A stretch of 51,339 nucleotides of DNA, filler included, from Jimgerdemannia flammicorona (Eukaryota), in NCBI GenBank assembly GCA_003990765.1. It is 2 parts of 2 records of this genome, joined end to end, with 100 filler letters (N's around TTAATTAATTAA, not from the genome) between each part and the next. Parts side by side here need not be neighbours in the genome. Positions count along the whole stretch, not along the records: positions 1 to 25,620 come from RBNJ01000812.1; 1 more part is not named here. One strand, written 5' to 3'. The notes under the pieces are model-generated. The model had not been told where the DNA came from. It was given only the letters and a program-made list of their open reading frames with translations, and searched no databases. The translations under genes and the position numbers were made by a program. Positions 1 to 11,792 of the stretch are shown here, in pieces. Each line of letters begins with the position of its first letter. Within the stretch, counting starts at the first letter, position 1.

Positions 1-905
1 ACTTTGTCAAACACTATCCCCACCCTCCCACTACTCTGCTCACAGATCTTCATCACCAAACCGTGACGTTGTCCTCTCTGAGGACCCCAACCCACCCACC
101 ATCTGGTCAGCAGATCCCCCACCAGCTCCTCCCACCTTGACACCTTCTCATGTAGCCCCAACCGCTGCCCCTCCTTAAATACAAAAAGCCAATGGCCCGC
201 CAGTCTCACCCATACTGCTAACACCCATCCTACAGTGAGCCAACTATCCCCCACCCCACCTACAAGCTGAGATCTTAAGTCCTCCCAACGACCCCCCTCC
301 CACACCCGCTGACACCCCACACCCAGTCTATCCCCTATCTCAGCCCAAAATTCCCCAAGACCACACACTCTCCCAGCTAATGTTCCGGCATCTGTACATG
401 ACCCCCAGCCTGCCCAACATCATAACACTCCTTGTAGTCAAATTGTCCACCCTCTACTAAATGCCCCAAGTGGAAATTCAGCATGACATTCCTCCACAAT
501 ATTCACCACCATACCACCCAGAACTTGGGAGGAAGCCACTGCCATACCTCAGCACTCCAAGACCAGATGCCTGCCCAGTCCCACTCTTCTCCAATTCCAA
601 CTGCCTGCCAGCTACTCAGCCAAAGGTCCTGGCCAAGCCCCTGCTGATACTCCACTCCCTCCCCAATATTGAACACAGCCAGAGGAGCACTCCCCAGGAG
701 CAGTCCATCTTAATGCCACATATTTGGCCCCCATGCTGCCTCCCCCTCGTTACCCTGCCATCACAGGCCAATTCAGTGTGCTCCATCGGCCACTCCCCAC
801 CAAAAGCCCTTGAACCACAGCCTCTGAACTCCATTCAGTCCCACCAAAGAGAGCAGATCTCCTGAGGACCCTCGGGGGGATGTTCGCATCTCCCATACCT
901 TCTGC
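1..905 (-). mobile_element. L1-clade LINE fragment (3' part of ORF2, copy A), runs off window start
   Basis: Reverse complement matches the ORF2 C-terminal region of the LINE copies at 23630-25250 and 50400-51339 (FWVVWW..RNVMLNFH..DCKECY..PEH motif). The 5' end stops at ~905, where Gypsy pol begins. Confidence 0.85.
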
Positions 906-2584
906 AGGCTATGGACTATCTCAAGAGACTCCTTACTGAGGCTCCAATGCTAATTGCACCTGACTCTGCTAGATCATTTACTCTGACTACAGATACCTCT
1001 GATATTGTTATAGGGGTGGTACTCAGTCAAGAAGATCACCCAGTAGCCTACCTTTTCCAAAAGCTCAAGCCAGCTGAGATTTGATATACTATCCATGAGA
1101 AGAAACTCCTGGCCATTGTTACTGTACTTCAGGAATAATGCTATTTTCTTCTAGGATAACTATTTATAGCCTATACTGATTGCCATGCTCTGTGATATAT
1201 CTACATATAGTCCATACTGACCCACAGACAAGCCTGCTGAATGGAAATCATTACCAACTTTAATATAGAAATCAAGTATATCTCAGACAAAACCAACCAT
1301 GTGGCTGATGGTTTCTCCAGATATATAGAAGATGAACTTGTCTTCATGGTTAAGGTAATTGGAGACCTTACCCAAATGATCAAGAATAGCTATCAACAGG
1401 ACAGCTCTCTGATGAATTTCCTTCAATTCTACCAAGACCCAGAGGTCAAGATCTCAGAACTCATGAGACAAATGTCCAAAAGATTCACTTACTGTGATAG
1501 ACTTATCTACAGAGATCATAATAGAGTAGTTGTACCTAATAATAATACTCTGTGACTCAAGATTATGTAGGATCTCCATGATACTCCTACAGCAGAATAC
1601 TTTGGTTTTGAAAAGACCTACAATCTCCTCTCAAGAGAGTTCTACTAGCCAAAGATGACCAAGGGTATTAAAGACTTTGTGGCCTTATGCAAGATATACC
1701 AAAGATTCAAAAGTAGTAGTAGGCTACCAGTAGAACTTCTGTAACCCCTGCCTATTCCAAGTCATAATTGAGATCAGATTGCAATAGACTTTATTGTTCA
1801 GCTCTCCAAGACCAGGGCAGGATGAGATGCTATTGTGATATTCATGGACCACCTAAGTAAACAAGCCCATTTTGCATCCACCAAGACCACTGCTACAGCA
1901 CCAGAGATTGCTGAGATTTTTCTCAACCAAGTATTCAGACTATATAGTATGTCTAGCACCATTGTATCTGACTGAGATGCCAAGTTTACAAGTAACTTCT
2001 GGAAGGTATTCTTCTCTCTCCATAGAACCAAGCTGAAGTTCTCTACTGTCTACTACTCTCAGACTGATGGCCAAACCAAGTAAACCAATAGGACTCTCAA
2101 GTAGATACTTAGTATCTTCTGCTGTTATAAGCAGAATAATTGGAATAAGTACCTAATCTATGCTGAGTTTGTCTATAATAATAGCCAGCAAACCTCTATG
2201 AGGAAGACTCCATTCTTTCTGAACCATGGTCAACACCCAAGGACCCTGCGTACTACTGTAAAATCAGCAGTTCCAGCAGCCCAAGATCTGACTGAGACCA
2301 TTTCTGATCTTATCCAAATGATAAGAGATGCTCTCATAGAAGTATAAGACTATCAGATCAAGTATACAAACTTGAAGTAAAGAGAAGTCTTCTACAATAT
2401 TGGTGACATGGTCATGTTTAGAACAGACCACCTCCACCCAAACACTCTGACACAACAACCAGCCAAGAAATTCTATGCTAGAAGAATTGGACCATATAAG
2501 ATTGTGGGAAAAGTCAGTAAAGTTAACTATAAGCTATAACTTCCTCACAATATCTGAGTACACTCAATATTCCATATCAGCCAA

Positions 2585-2815
2585 TTGGTAGACTACCATG
2601 AGAATCCATTTCCCAAGTATATAGTTCCACCTCTACTTCCAATTAGAATTAATGATCATGAGGAATTCGAAATTGAGGAAGTACTTGACCACAAGGTCCA
2701 CAAATATCTCAAAATAGTCAAGCAGTTTTTCCTCATCAAGTGGAAGGGTTACCCCACCCATGATACTACTTGGGAAAAAGAAGAAGCTCTAGAGAATATA
2801 TGTGAAGCCCTCTAG
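2585..2815 (+). pseudogene. Integrase C-terminal chromodomain (chromovirus)
   Basis: ORF track EEFEIEEVLDHK...QFFLIKWKGYPTHDTTWEKEEALEN matches the chromodomain consensus. Confidence 0.88.
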
Positions 2816-3510
2816 CACTATATAGAAACACTTATCCCCCAGCAAAGAAAGGAACTATAGCTCTAAAAATTAGAGCATATAGCAAACAAGAGGATACTAC
2901 ATATTCTTATCTGAATATAATACCAAACATTGTAGAAAAAAGGAACATCATAGTTAATCAACAAGAAGATACTCAGGCAAAGAACAATCTAACAAGTATA
3001 GCAAAATGTATTTGAACAACTCTATTTTATACCATCTGTATCATCTCTACTAAATGATGACAGATACTTCATATGGAACTTAAGAAAGCCAATAATGTCA
3101 AAACCAATCTAAGTCCATCTATGTGACAGATATTGTTACTATAAATTGTCTTGGATTATAAGAAATACTATTTCTGAGAGGTTCAAACCCCCAGCTATGA
3201 TAATGAGAGCCCTCACCCTAGACAAGGATGGCTAGTTCTCACAAATATGCCAATCAGACAAAAAAAAAAAGAGGACCAAGACCTGTTAACTCTGTGTAAC
3301 CATGACTATAAGTAATGATATCTTTAAAATTAGGATTTTCTCATATAACTAGTATATGCTTTGCTTACAGTAATAGGTCACACATTTTTCTGCTAGAAAG
3401 TATGATCAAAAGAAGGTCACACCAGACAAGAGAATAAGTATAAATACTTAAGACCAGAATACCCTATAACTCTTATCTCCCTCTCCTTATAAAGAAAAGA
3501 TAAGACAAGA

Positions 3511-4212
3511 ATGCCTGCTATCCACTACCAAACTGTCCACCATAGCCAGCCCCTCCTAAGCCAGGTTGACTGTCTCTTTGGATATATCTTAGTTGCTATC
3601 TGAGAAAGGGACTACCACTCTGAGGCTCTTAACCTCTCTAGTCCAGACCTAGGATAGTATGTCCTTGACTACCATAAACTCATCGAAAGGACCTACCTTA
3701 CTACCAGCCACCTAGAGATCTGGTATGAATATGAAATTGGCCATCAACTCCTCTAACATACAAAGGACCTACCCACTGACCAGATCTCAGACTGGATCCA
3801 CCTAGATAGGCATGAGCAAAGACTTGCCAAGAAGGTCTATCAAATTATATACCATGCACTCTTTGCAATCCCCAATCTCAACTATGTCTAACTGAAGGAT
3901 TTCCAGAACCTCTCCTTCCTCAAGATTGATGTGCTAGAGATCAAGGTAGCCCAAGAAGCCAACTTCTGGATTATCCTCAAGTCTACTGACATTGAGCTCT
4001 ACTGGAGCCCCCTTCTGAATAATAATCCAGACCAATGGCTCTAAGGCCTCTCTAATCTCTTTGAAGGACCACCTATCTAAATAGATATCCCAGGCATAAG
4101 GATCAAGAATTCTACTTGGATGGTCTCAACTGTATCAGATAGAGAACCCCTACACCAGTACCCATCCCAATATAAGAACCATTTGCAGACCTCATTGACT
4201 TTTCTATCCTAG
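3511..4212 (+). pseudogene. Decayed accessory ORF downstream of chromoviral pol
   Basis: ATG at 3511 opens one frame for ~230 codons, interrupted only by TGA/TAG/TAA that revert to CGA/CAG/CAA. Contains YEIGHQL..DWIHL..RLAKKVYQII..AIPNLNYV*LKDFQNLS. Confidence 0.65.
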
Positions 4213-4348
4213 ACAGCAAACCATCAGCAACTACCCCCCCCTGCCACTAAAGAAGATAGCAATAATACTAAGGAAGATTCTCCACCTTTCTCTCCTCTGG
4301 TTCTCAATTTCTGAATCAATGAGAATATTGATTTCTAAGATAATAGAA

Positions 4349-5132
4349 TGAATAAACAAGTGAACAGATGAGATATAATGAGACAAGTGATCATATGACC
4401 TAGTGAGTAATGATGTCATCATATGATTGAGCATGATATATGATATTATAAATGAATAAATGATGCAGAAAATGATACAAAAAATGATATCCAGTTTATC
4501 TCTGACAATTGGTGTCACAGTAACTATTATCACAGTAGCTGATTATTGTCTAGTAATTGAGGTTCTGATCATAAAGTTGTTTTTGCCAAAAACCACCTAA
4601 CAAAGGTCATGATTACAAATCTCATTATAGTTACCAAATTAGTCACTCATACTTAGTCAGAAAATCATGAACCAACTTATATAAATACCCCTCAGTTTTC
4701 ATTCAAAATAAAGCAGTTTTAGTTCAGTCCTTGATATAAGAATCAAGTCCCCCCACATATACATATATTTTTCTGAGTCTTAGTAATGACACTTAAGTGG
4801 CTTTAGTATTTCTGACTAAACTCCAGAAGCCTAGCTAACTTCTGCCAGAACTGAGACCAGTATATAAATCTCCAAAGACTTAAGTAAACCCATTGAGCCT
4901 GAATTCCAAGGTGAATTTAGTCTGTGCATAGCAAAGAATAAGATCCTTGAAAGATAGGATAAAAGAGAAAGATCTTTAAAAGATAAGACACTACTACTAC
5001 AACTACTTTTAAGTGAGCACTTTCTCAAACTGAAGGCTTCTTGGTACACATTATGTACTAAGTTCCTAAGTAATACCTTATTTTCCTAAGTATCCAAAAA
5101 ATCAAAGAGGAGTAGAAGTGAGAGTTATTACA
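4349..5132 (+). repeat. Probable 3' LTR of the chromovirus (boundaries approximate)
   Basis: Decayed PPT-like tract just before ~4349, TATAAATA at ~4678-4687, AATAAA at ~4707, ends in ...TTATTACA at 5132. No partner LTR in the window. Confidence 0.45.
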
Positions 5133-5140
5133 ACTAATTC

Positions 5141-8100
5141 CCAGAGCTCTTTGATATCAGTAATTGACCCCAGACTAACTACCATATCATCTGCAAAGGC
5201 TCCAACCTTCTACACAATGTTGAATATAGATAGTCTCTCTATCTTCTGCTAAATTCTATTCATCAATGGCTCTAAGGATAGAATATAGAATAGAGGACAG
5301 TGGGTCTCCCTGGGGGACCCTCTTACCTAGTGGGAATACCACCCCTATATATGAGCACTACTTGACTCCTCTCTAGTAGGCTAATCATAGCTACTTAGAA
5401 CTGCTGTGGGATACCAATCTTATCCAGTACCTTTGTCAGCCAGATCTACCAAATATAGTTATATATTTTCTCCTGATCTAAGAAGACCAACCTCTCATCT
5501 AGTCCACAGGCCCAAACTCCTTCAATAATATCATATATCTAGACTATACTGTCTCTAATGAGTCAGCTCTCTATAAAGTCTTACTGCTCCTCACCCAAGA
5601 CTTACTGTACCACTGTCTGCAGTCTTATCACTACTACCTTAGTGATCAACTTCCTGTTCATGTCCAGGAGTATGATGGGTTACCAGTACTTTCAGTCCTT
5701 TCTCCTGATTTTGTCTTTGAAAAGCAGGGCCACTAGCCCCAGATCCTGCTCACCCACCTACCTCTCTGACTGCAGTATCAAATTACAAAGTGTCATCAAC
5801 TCTTTCAGCACTCCAGAGACATCTACCATCTTCTTCCAAAAGTCTCAGAGCAGACTATCCTCTTCTGGTACCATGCTTGGTATAGTTGTGGTAATAATCT
5901 AGTAATTTTTCTCCTTCTGTACCAATACTATCAAACTACTCAGTCCATCTATCTACAGTGGGTACCATTCCTCCAAAGCATGTTCTATAGTGGTAGCATT
6001 AGCTCCACCCTCTTTCTTACTCTACAAATCACTCCACCTCTCCTTCAATAAGCCTAGAATATCCTGTAAGTCATATACCATCAGACTATCAGCATCAAGA
6101 ACTCCCTCTCATCTCTGCTTCACTCTCCTTACCGGAAGGATCCTTGAAAGATACTCAGAGAGTCTCTTCTCCTCCTCTAGCTCCTACCAGTATAGCCATA
6201 CAACCAAACTCTACATCTACATCTCCTCTTCCTCTCTCAATACCTGTTGTAATTCTGCAACCTCTAGCTTTGTCTATATTATCCTCCAGTCCTCTATCCC
6301 CTCCAGGGCCAAGAGCTCTGCCCAATCTTCCAAAAGCCCAGCCAATTGAGCAAAGGTCCAGGTCACCCTCCTTCTCCTTTACCCTCTTGCTACCTTGCTA
6401 GCTTTACTCTAGTAGCTCTAGTGGTCTCCTTCAACTTCATCCAATAGACCCCAACTAGGGCCCCCTCTCTCATCCAACTCTTTAATCTCTGCTAAATGTC
6501 CTTTTCCCACTTATCTCACAATACCTTCTCAGCTAATAAAGAGAAATTGAGGTACCAATGTTCAGGCCCATCTTCACTCTCTCCAAAATGACCCTGCCCC
6601 AATAGCCCCCAGTGATCAGACCACAGATATCACTCAGTCTCCAGTGACTTTTAAATATCCAAACCCCAGTAGTCTGCTGTTAGTATCCAGTTAATCCTTA
6701 TTCTCAGACCATTTATCTAGTATATATAAACTCTCCTATTTCTTCAGAACTCTCTACTGGCATCTATCAGAGAGCTCAGCCTCTTTACTTTCTTCTATAC
6801 CACCAGACTTCCTGCTCCTACTCTCAGCCTCCTGCCCCTTATTAGTCCTATCTACCAACATATCTCAGATCATATTAAAGTCCCCTCTAAGAATGTCTAC
6901 TAGTCTCTGTAAGAGTCCCACTTTTCTAGAGTCCTCTCATCCAATCCACCCTCTCACTGCATACAGTAGGGCAGTAGCAAGAACTCACTATAACTGGCTC
7001 CCAATCTAGTCAAATCCACTATCCCCAAACTAGCCTGTCTTCCTAGCTCCTTGTCTCCTATATCTCCTCTCTATCTCTCAGGACCAGAATCCCAACCTTG
7101 CTCTTCCAAACTACTATACCTCTCCATTCTGTTGACCATTTCAGTCTGTCTGAGTTATCTATATATTGAATATCCTGCAAAAGAAAGAGATCAGCCTCTA
7201 AGCTCTTTAGCTAAATAAAAATGTTTTGACATCTAACCAAACTCTACAGCTCATTCACATTCAAAGAAAAAATGTTTGTTGTACTATTTATAAGAAATAA
7301 TGTTAAGGGTCATATATATCCACTATAACTCTACATTTATCTCCTCCTGTACCAAATCCAAGTTATATTCCACAGCTACCTCCTTCTCTTTAGCTCTCTT
7401 TATCTCTAATCCAACCATAAGTTTAGCTAGTTCCCTATCCTCCTTTTCCTCAAAGTCCTTATGATACTTTAGACAAACCTTCTGCTAGAGCTATAATTCA
7501 AAATGCTCTGCCTACTAGAGGGCACTCTACTCATCCACAGTAACTGCCAGTACTGCCTCTCTCTCCTTATCAACCTCATACTCTTCTTTTTCTAAGAAAA
7601 CTGTAAGTACCTCTATCTTTAGAGCCTCCACCACTCTATCTCTATATAGAATTTGTACTCAATAATCATTACTCATCACCCTTAGATCTACTTCTCTCAG
7701 CTCCTCAACTATCAAGTTATTCATTATCCTATATATTTGTTGTAGATTTCTCACCTTCTTTCTATCTGAAGTCACTGGCCTCTCCTCTCACAGTATCGAG
7801 GTATTTACTCCTATACTTGCAGTCTCACCTCCTTTCTATCTGAAGTCACTAGCCTCTCCTCTCACAGTATTGAGGTATTTACTCCTATACTTACAGTCTC
7901 ATCCCACTTCTCCTCTGAGACATCTACTAGTTCATTCTTATCAGCCACCACTACCTATCTTCCTTTTGTCACCTCAGGAACTCTAAAGTATACTTACTGG
8001 TCACTGTGCATGAGTATATCCTCTATCACCTAACTCCTTACAGCTGGACCCTATCTGATAAGAGGAGTAGAAGTGTCCTCCCATACTTTGAATATACCAT

Positions 8101-9493
8101 TCTTATATAGATCTTTACTCAGCACTTTTCTAGTCTCCTCCAGACCCATCTCTATATTCTCTCTACTTCTACTAGTCCAGATACTTGCTTTAGCTCCTCC
8201 AGTATTCTCAATATTACTAGTAACTCTCTTTGTCTTTCTCTTTAGCCTTGCCAGTAACCCTTTCTGTCTCTTATATCCTTGGAACCTCTTCCATAACTCC
8301 TTATCAATATAGATATACTTTTTATCCATAATCTCTAAGTATATTGATTTTATATATATCTTCTAAGCCTTCACCCTCTACTTCACTATACTACTTAGCT
8401 CCTCTAGTATCTCCAACAGGTCTTTTTCCTCCTCTTTACTTCTCTTCACTCTTGTTATCTTATATATGAAGGCTCTCTATACTATCACTAAAGACCAATC
8501 ATAAGTCTTCCCAGTAGTCTCTCTCTCTACCAACTAAACCCAGATATTAATATTCTCTATCTAGAAAGAGGTTCCTTTCCAGACTTTGAACCCTATATTG
8601 ACCACCTCTCTATACTTAACCATAATCTCCTCAACTCTCCTTCTCATCTCTATAGTAATCACTGTAGAAACTTCTTTCACCAGAAGCTATACTACTCTGA
8701 AATTTCATCTCAAGCAGTATACTATTAGGATACATATCTCTCTAATCATCAACTCAATCTTCAGTATATTCTTCAATGGCCCAGCCTCCTTAAAGCCTAT
8801 CTTTACTTCTTCTAGACCCCTCAGGAACTTTACTAATACTGTACTATTTATTTGCTTAGAAATCAGCCCTAAGATTATTTTTGTCATTACTGCTAAGTCT
8901 TGGAAGCACAAAGTAACTGTGAACTCCAAGATCAACTTCTTGAGTAATGAGGCCACTGCCAGACCTATTATACCATCAGTAAGGTCACTCAGTCTCATAC
9001 CTTTCCTACAGCTTAATCTACCATCAGTAGTCTCATCTAGATTTTTTTCTAGATTATTCATTATACTCCTATTAGCAGTTACCCCTTCAGTCACTACACT
9101 ACCAGCCCCCCTGCTCTGGCCCCCCAGAGAGGCACCCTTCTTCTCTCTAGCATCTGTCTTTCCCTTCTCTAGCTCTAGCTATCTATTTAGTCCTATTATC
9201 TAAGTCTCTATCTTGACCTTATTAGTAAAGATCAACCACTTTCCCCCTGTCTGCACCATGCCCCCTCCTCCTCTGCCACTGCTTCTCTTTCCTCTTAACA
9301 AGTTGCTCAGCATCCCCAGACCTGCTCTCTGACTCCTCCCTATATACTATTAGCTAAATATACTGAGGCTATCCTGCTTAGTACACTTTGTAGAACTCTG
9401 ATTCAAGAATATGTTCTTAAGGTATTTCTCTAAAGAATAGTATAAATATAGGTGATATATGATTGTATAATGTGAGGTATATCAGAAAGAGGG
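5141..9493 (-). mobile_element. L1-clade LINE copy B (5' end, ORF1, ORF2 up to RT catalytic motif), heavily decayed
   Basis: Minus strand: ORF1 (LLKKLILEFTVTL..VKFLRGLE) ~9300-7325; ORF2 from ~7291 (NIFSLNVNE, AP endonuclease); RT motifs PQGDPLS (~5310) and VGAFADD (~5190). Breaks off at ~5141. Confidence 0.88.
7749..7896. repeat. 74-bp tandem duplication inside LINE B ORF1
   Basis: Unit tctcacct...ctatacttgcag at 7749-7822 and 7823-7896, differing by 4 transitions. Confidence 0.9.
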
Positions 9494-10515
9494 TTTTTGA
9501 CTAATCTTACTTTATTATAATCAAGTTAAAAAATTATTACAAAAAAAGTATATTAACTTTTACTTAATTATATATAAAATAAACACTTTTTAATTCTTTT
9601 AAATATTAATCTCTAAATATAATAATCTGAATATCATTTGAAAATATCTATAATAATATTAATTCAGACCCTATGAGCTATGTGTCTTTTGAGAGTACTG
9701 TTGTGCTTCAGGCTATATAAGTATTCCAATAGATAGTTGGAGACCCATTACTTGGACAATTGATCTCCAAGTAGTGGACAGGTGCTGGCAGAAAGTTACT
9801 ACCTTCGAAGACTGTGGTTTGCATCTCGAGCTTAACATTGCTGCGCTGGCGTGCCACCTTGGACAGCTGCGGTTTGCGTTTGAGGAGAAAAGAAGTTTGC
9901 TATGGGGAGAATTAATTTTATGTAGCATCCGTGTGACGTCACGTGAGCTTTGCCACTTCGTGGCCTTTGCACTCTACTGTACGTTATTTTTAGATTCAGT
10001 TTATGCGGCGTATACAAAAAAAGCGAGTAGACATGAACTAAACCTTATATCCTTTGGTGGGAGAGAAGAAATTACTCCTCGCAGTCAGTGTTCGCAAAGA
10101 AAGTTCTATACACAATACAAAAAATACAAGTGGGTTGTTTGCGATTGCTACATAAATGCTACAAACTCGCATGTAGTGACGAACTCTGAGCGGCCGACAG
10201 GCAAAGAAACTCCATTTAGCCTCTGTTAAGCCAATTAGGGTGTAAGATCTGAATAGATACATGAGATTTTTAAAGTTGAATTCTGCCCTAGGCGATGATA
10301 TGGTGCCCATCATCTTTACGCGAAAAACAACACGCCAACGGTGGGTTTATTTTCATTGCATGTCGCTCGAATCGAGAAAACCAAGTATATGCACGTGCAT
10401 GCGTATGGAGTACATTTACATTAGCAAACATTTCTTTGTGTGAACAAAGACCCGCCGTTACTTTAACGAGTTGACCAGGTGAAACCACATAAACACTAAG
10501 GTAGAACCCGTCGTC

Positions 10516-11660
10516 TCACGCGCGCTTACGTCTCCTCAGCTTGACAACACAGTCTCTCATGCGTAGCGTCGCCGTTCCGACAATTTTGTTGGGGTGGCCC
10601 TTAATCATGTCCCACTCGAAGTGGGTGAGGACGATCTTGACCTCCAACTGGGCGATGGTCATGAACGAAGAAGGGCGAGTCAAGGACATAAATGAGATTA
10701 TGTTAGAGTTCATGGACAGGTTATTGACTCCGTTCCGAAAAACAGAAAAGAACATGACATCCTGCTGAGAATCCAAGATGAGAATACAACTCTTCCCCGC
10801 CTTCTCCTCCTGCTCGAACCTCTCAGGCCAAAACTTCTGCGCGTCCGTCCATAGCTCTTCGGAGTGGTGCATGGCGTAGAAGGTGATTAACAACCACGTG
10901 CCCTTGGGGACCTTGTATCCGCCCAAGACCTCGCCATCGGCGTCAACCTCCAACCTCGCGCACGGTGGCGGGAGCGATTGGCACCATGCGCAATACCTCC
11001 TTCAGGAAGCAATCGAAATACCTCCTTCAGGAAGCAATCGAAATACTTTAACGAGTGCACCTTGTCAAACGTCAGGTCTGCGAGTGACGGGATCTCGTCT
11101 AAGGCCGTGTTGACCTCCTCTCGCAGCTTACAAAGGACTCGGGGGTAGTGGCACAGGTAACCCATGGAGATGCCCACATCGTTGGTGGAGGTTTCAGAGC
11201 CTGCGAAGCAGGGTGGAGTGAGTGTGTTTGGTTAGTGAGTTGAATTCGCATGAAAAGACAAACGAGGTGAATGAAGGCCGAGCTGCTCATAAGAATGTTA
11301 AGGCTTGTCCGAACTCGGTCCAGACAAGCAGGCTTAGGTCTCTCCTCTTTGCGTCAGGTCAACCGTATCCTCCATCTCCTTTTCCTTTCTGCTCTTGTGG
11401 ATCAAATTTTTCTTCTGCACGATGTAATTCTTGTCAAAGTGGTTGCGGCGCCAGAACGCGGTCGGGTTCAGCAACGATCATCCGCTTCATGTCTATGTCG
11501 TTAGTCTCCACACCCGGCGGTGGGCTCGATGCCTTGTGGGGGATAAGGCGCAAGGTAATGAATGATTAAATGCGGTGCTTACGTCGGGCCCACAGTCAGT
11601 TTCAAACATGGGTTCCCCCGCTGTGTTCAACCCAAAGAGATATAATTGGAATTCATTCAT
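10516..11660 (-). pseudogene. Cytochrome P450 pseudogene (C-terminal part)
   Basis: I-helix (A)GSETST at ~11205-11180; K-helix LKEVFR; LGGYKVPKGT; FWPERF. Heme motif reduced to FMSLTRPSSFMTIAQLEVK with no Cys. Frameshifting 25-bp duplication; no N-terminus recognisable. Confidence 0.88.
10992..11046. repeat. 25-bp tandem duplication in the P450 ExxR region
   Basis: aatacctccttcaggaagcaatcga repeated twice plus a partial copy. Confidence 0.9.
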
Positions 11661-11792
11661 TCGCCTTTGCCCTTTTTGCCCCTCCCCCTTTGCCCTTTTG
11701 CCCCTTTGACAGACAAGGATGACGTGTGACCGGTTATCCTTTAGGACTTTTGTCAGACAGGAATATACGCCTTGACATAGAACTAACCAACC

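Larger units (their letters stand above)
904..5132 (+). mobile_element. Degenerate chromoviral Ty3/Gypsy LTR retrotransposon, 3' half (RNase H, integrase, chromodomain, accessory region, probable 3' LTR)
   Basis: RNase H APMLIAPD..FTLTTDTSD..IGVVLSQ..PVAY (940-1080); NHVADGFSR; integrase core ([29 protein letters not shown]); GPY at ~2490; chromodomain EFEIEEVLDHK..FLIKWKGYPTHDTTWE (2660-2790). Many premature stops are explained by C>T/G>A. Confidence 0.9.

Noticed and set aside
1..9493. LINE A and LINE B as one element split by the chromovirus
   Set aside because: Same strand and roughly colinear, but ~550 bp are missing and A is visibly less decayed than B, so separate copies are more likely.
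9931..9946. Overlapping CRE (TGACGTCA) and E-box (CACGTG); also palindrome atgcacgtgcat at 10389-10400
   Set aside because: Short motifs downstream of a pseudogene with no adjacent gene start; cannot be distinguished from chance.
9774..10229. 151-aa ORF from GTG
   Set aside because: Non-ATG start, no recognisable motif or splice structure.
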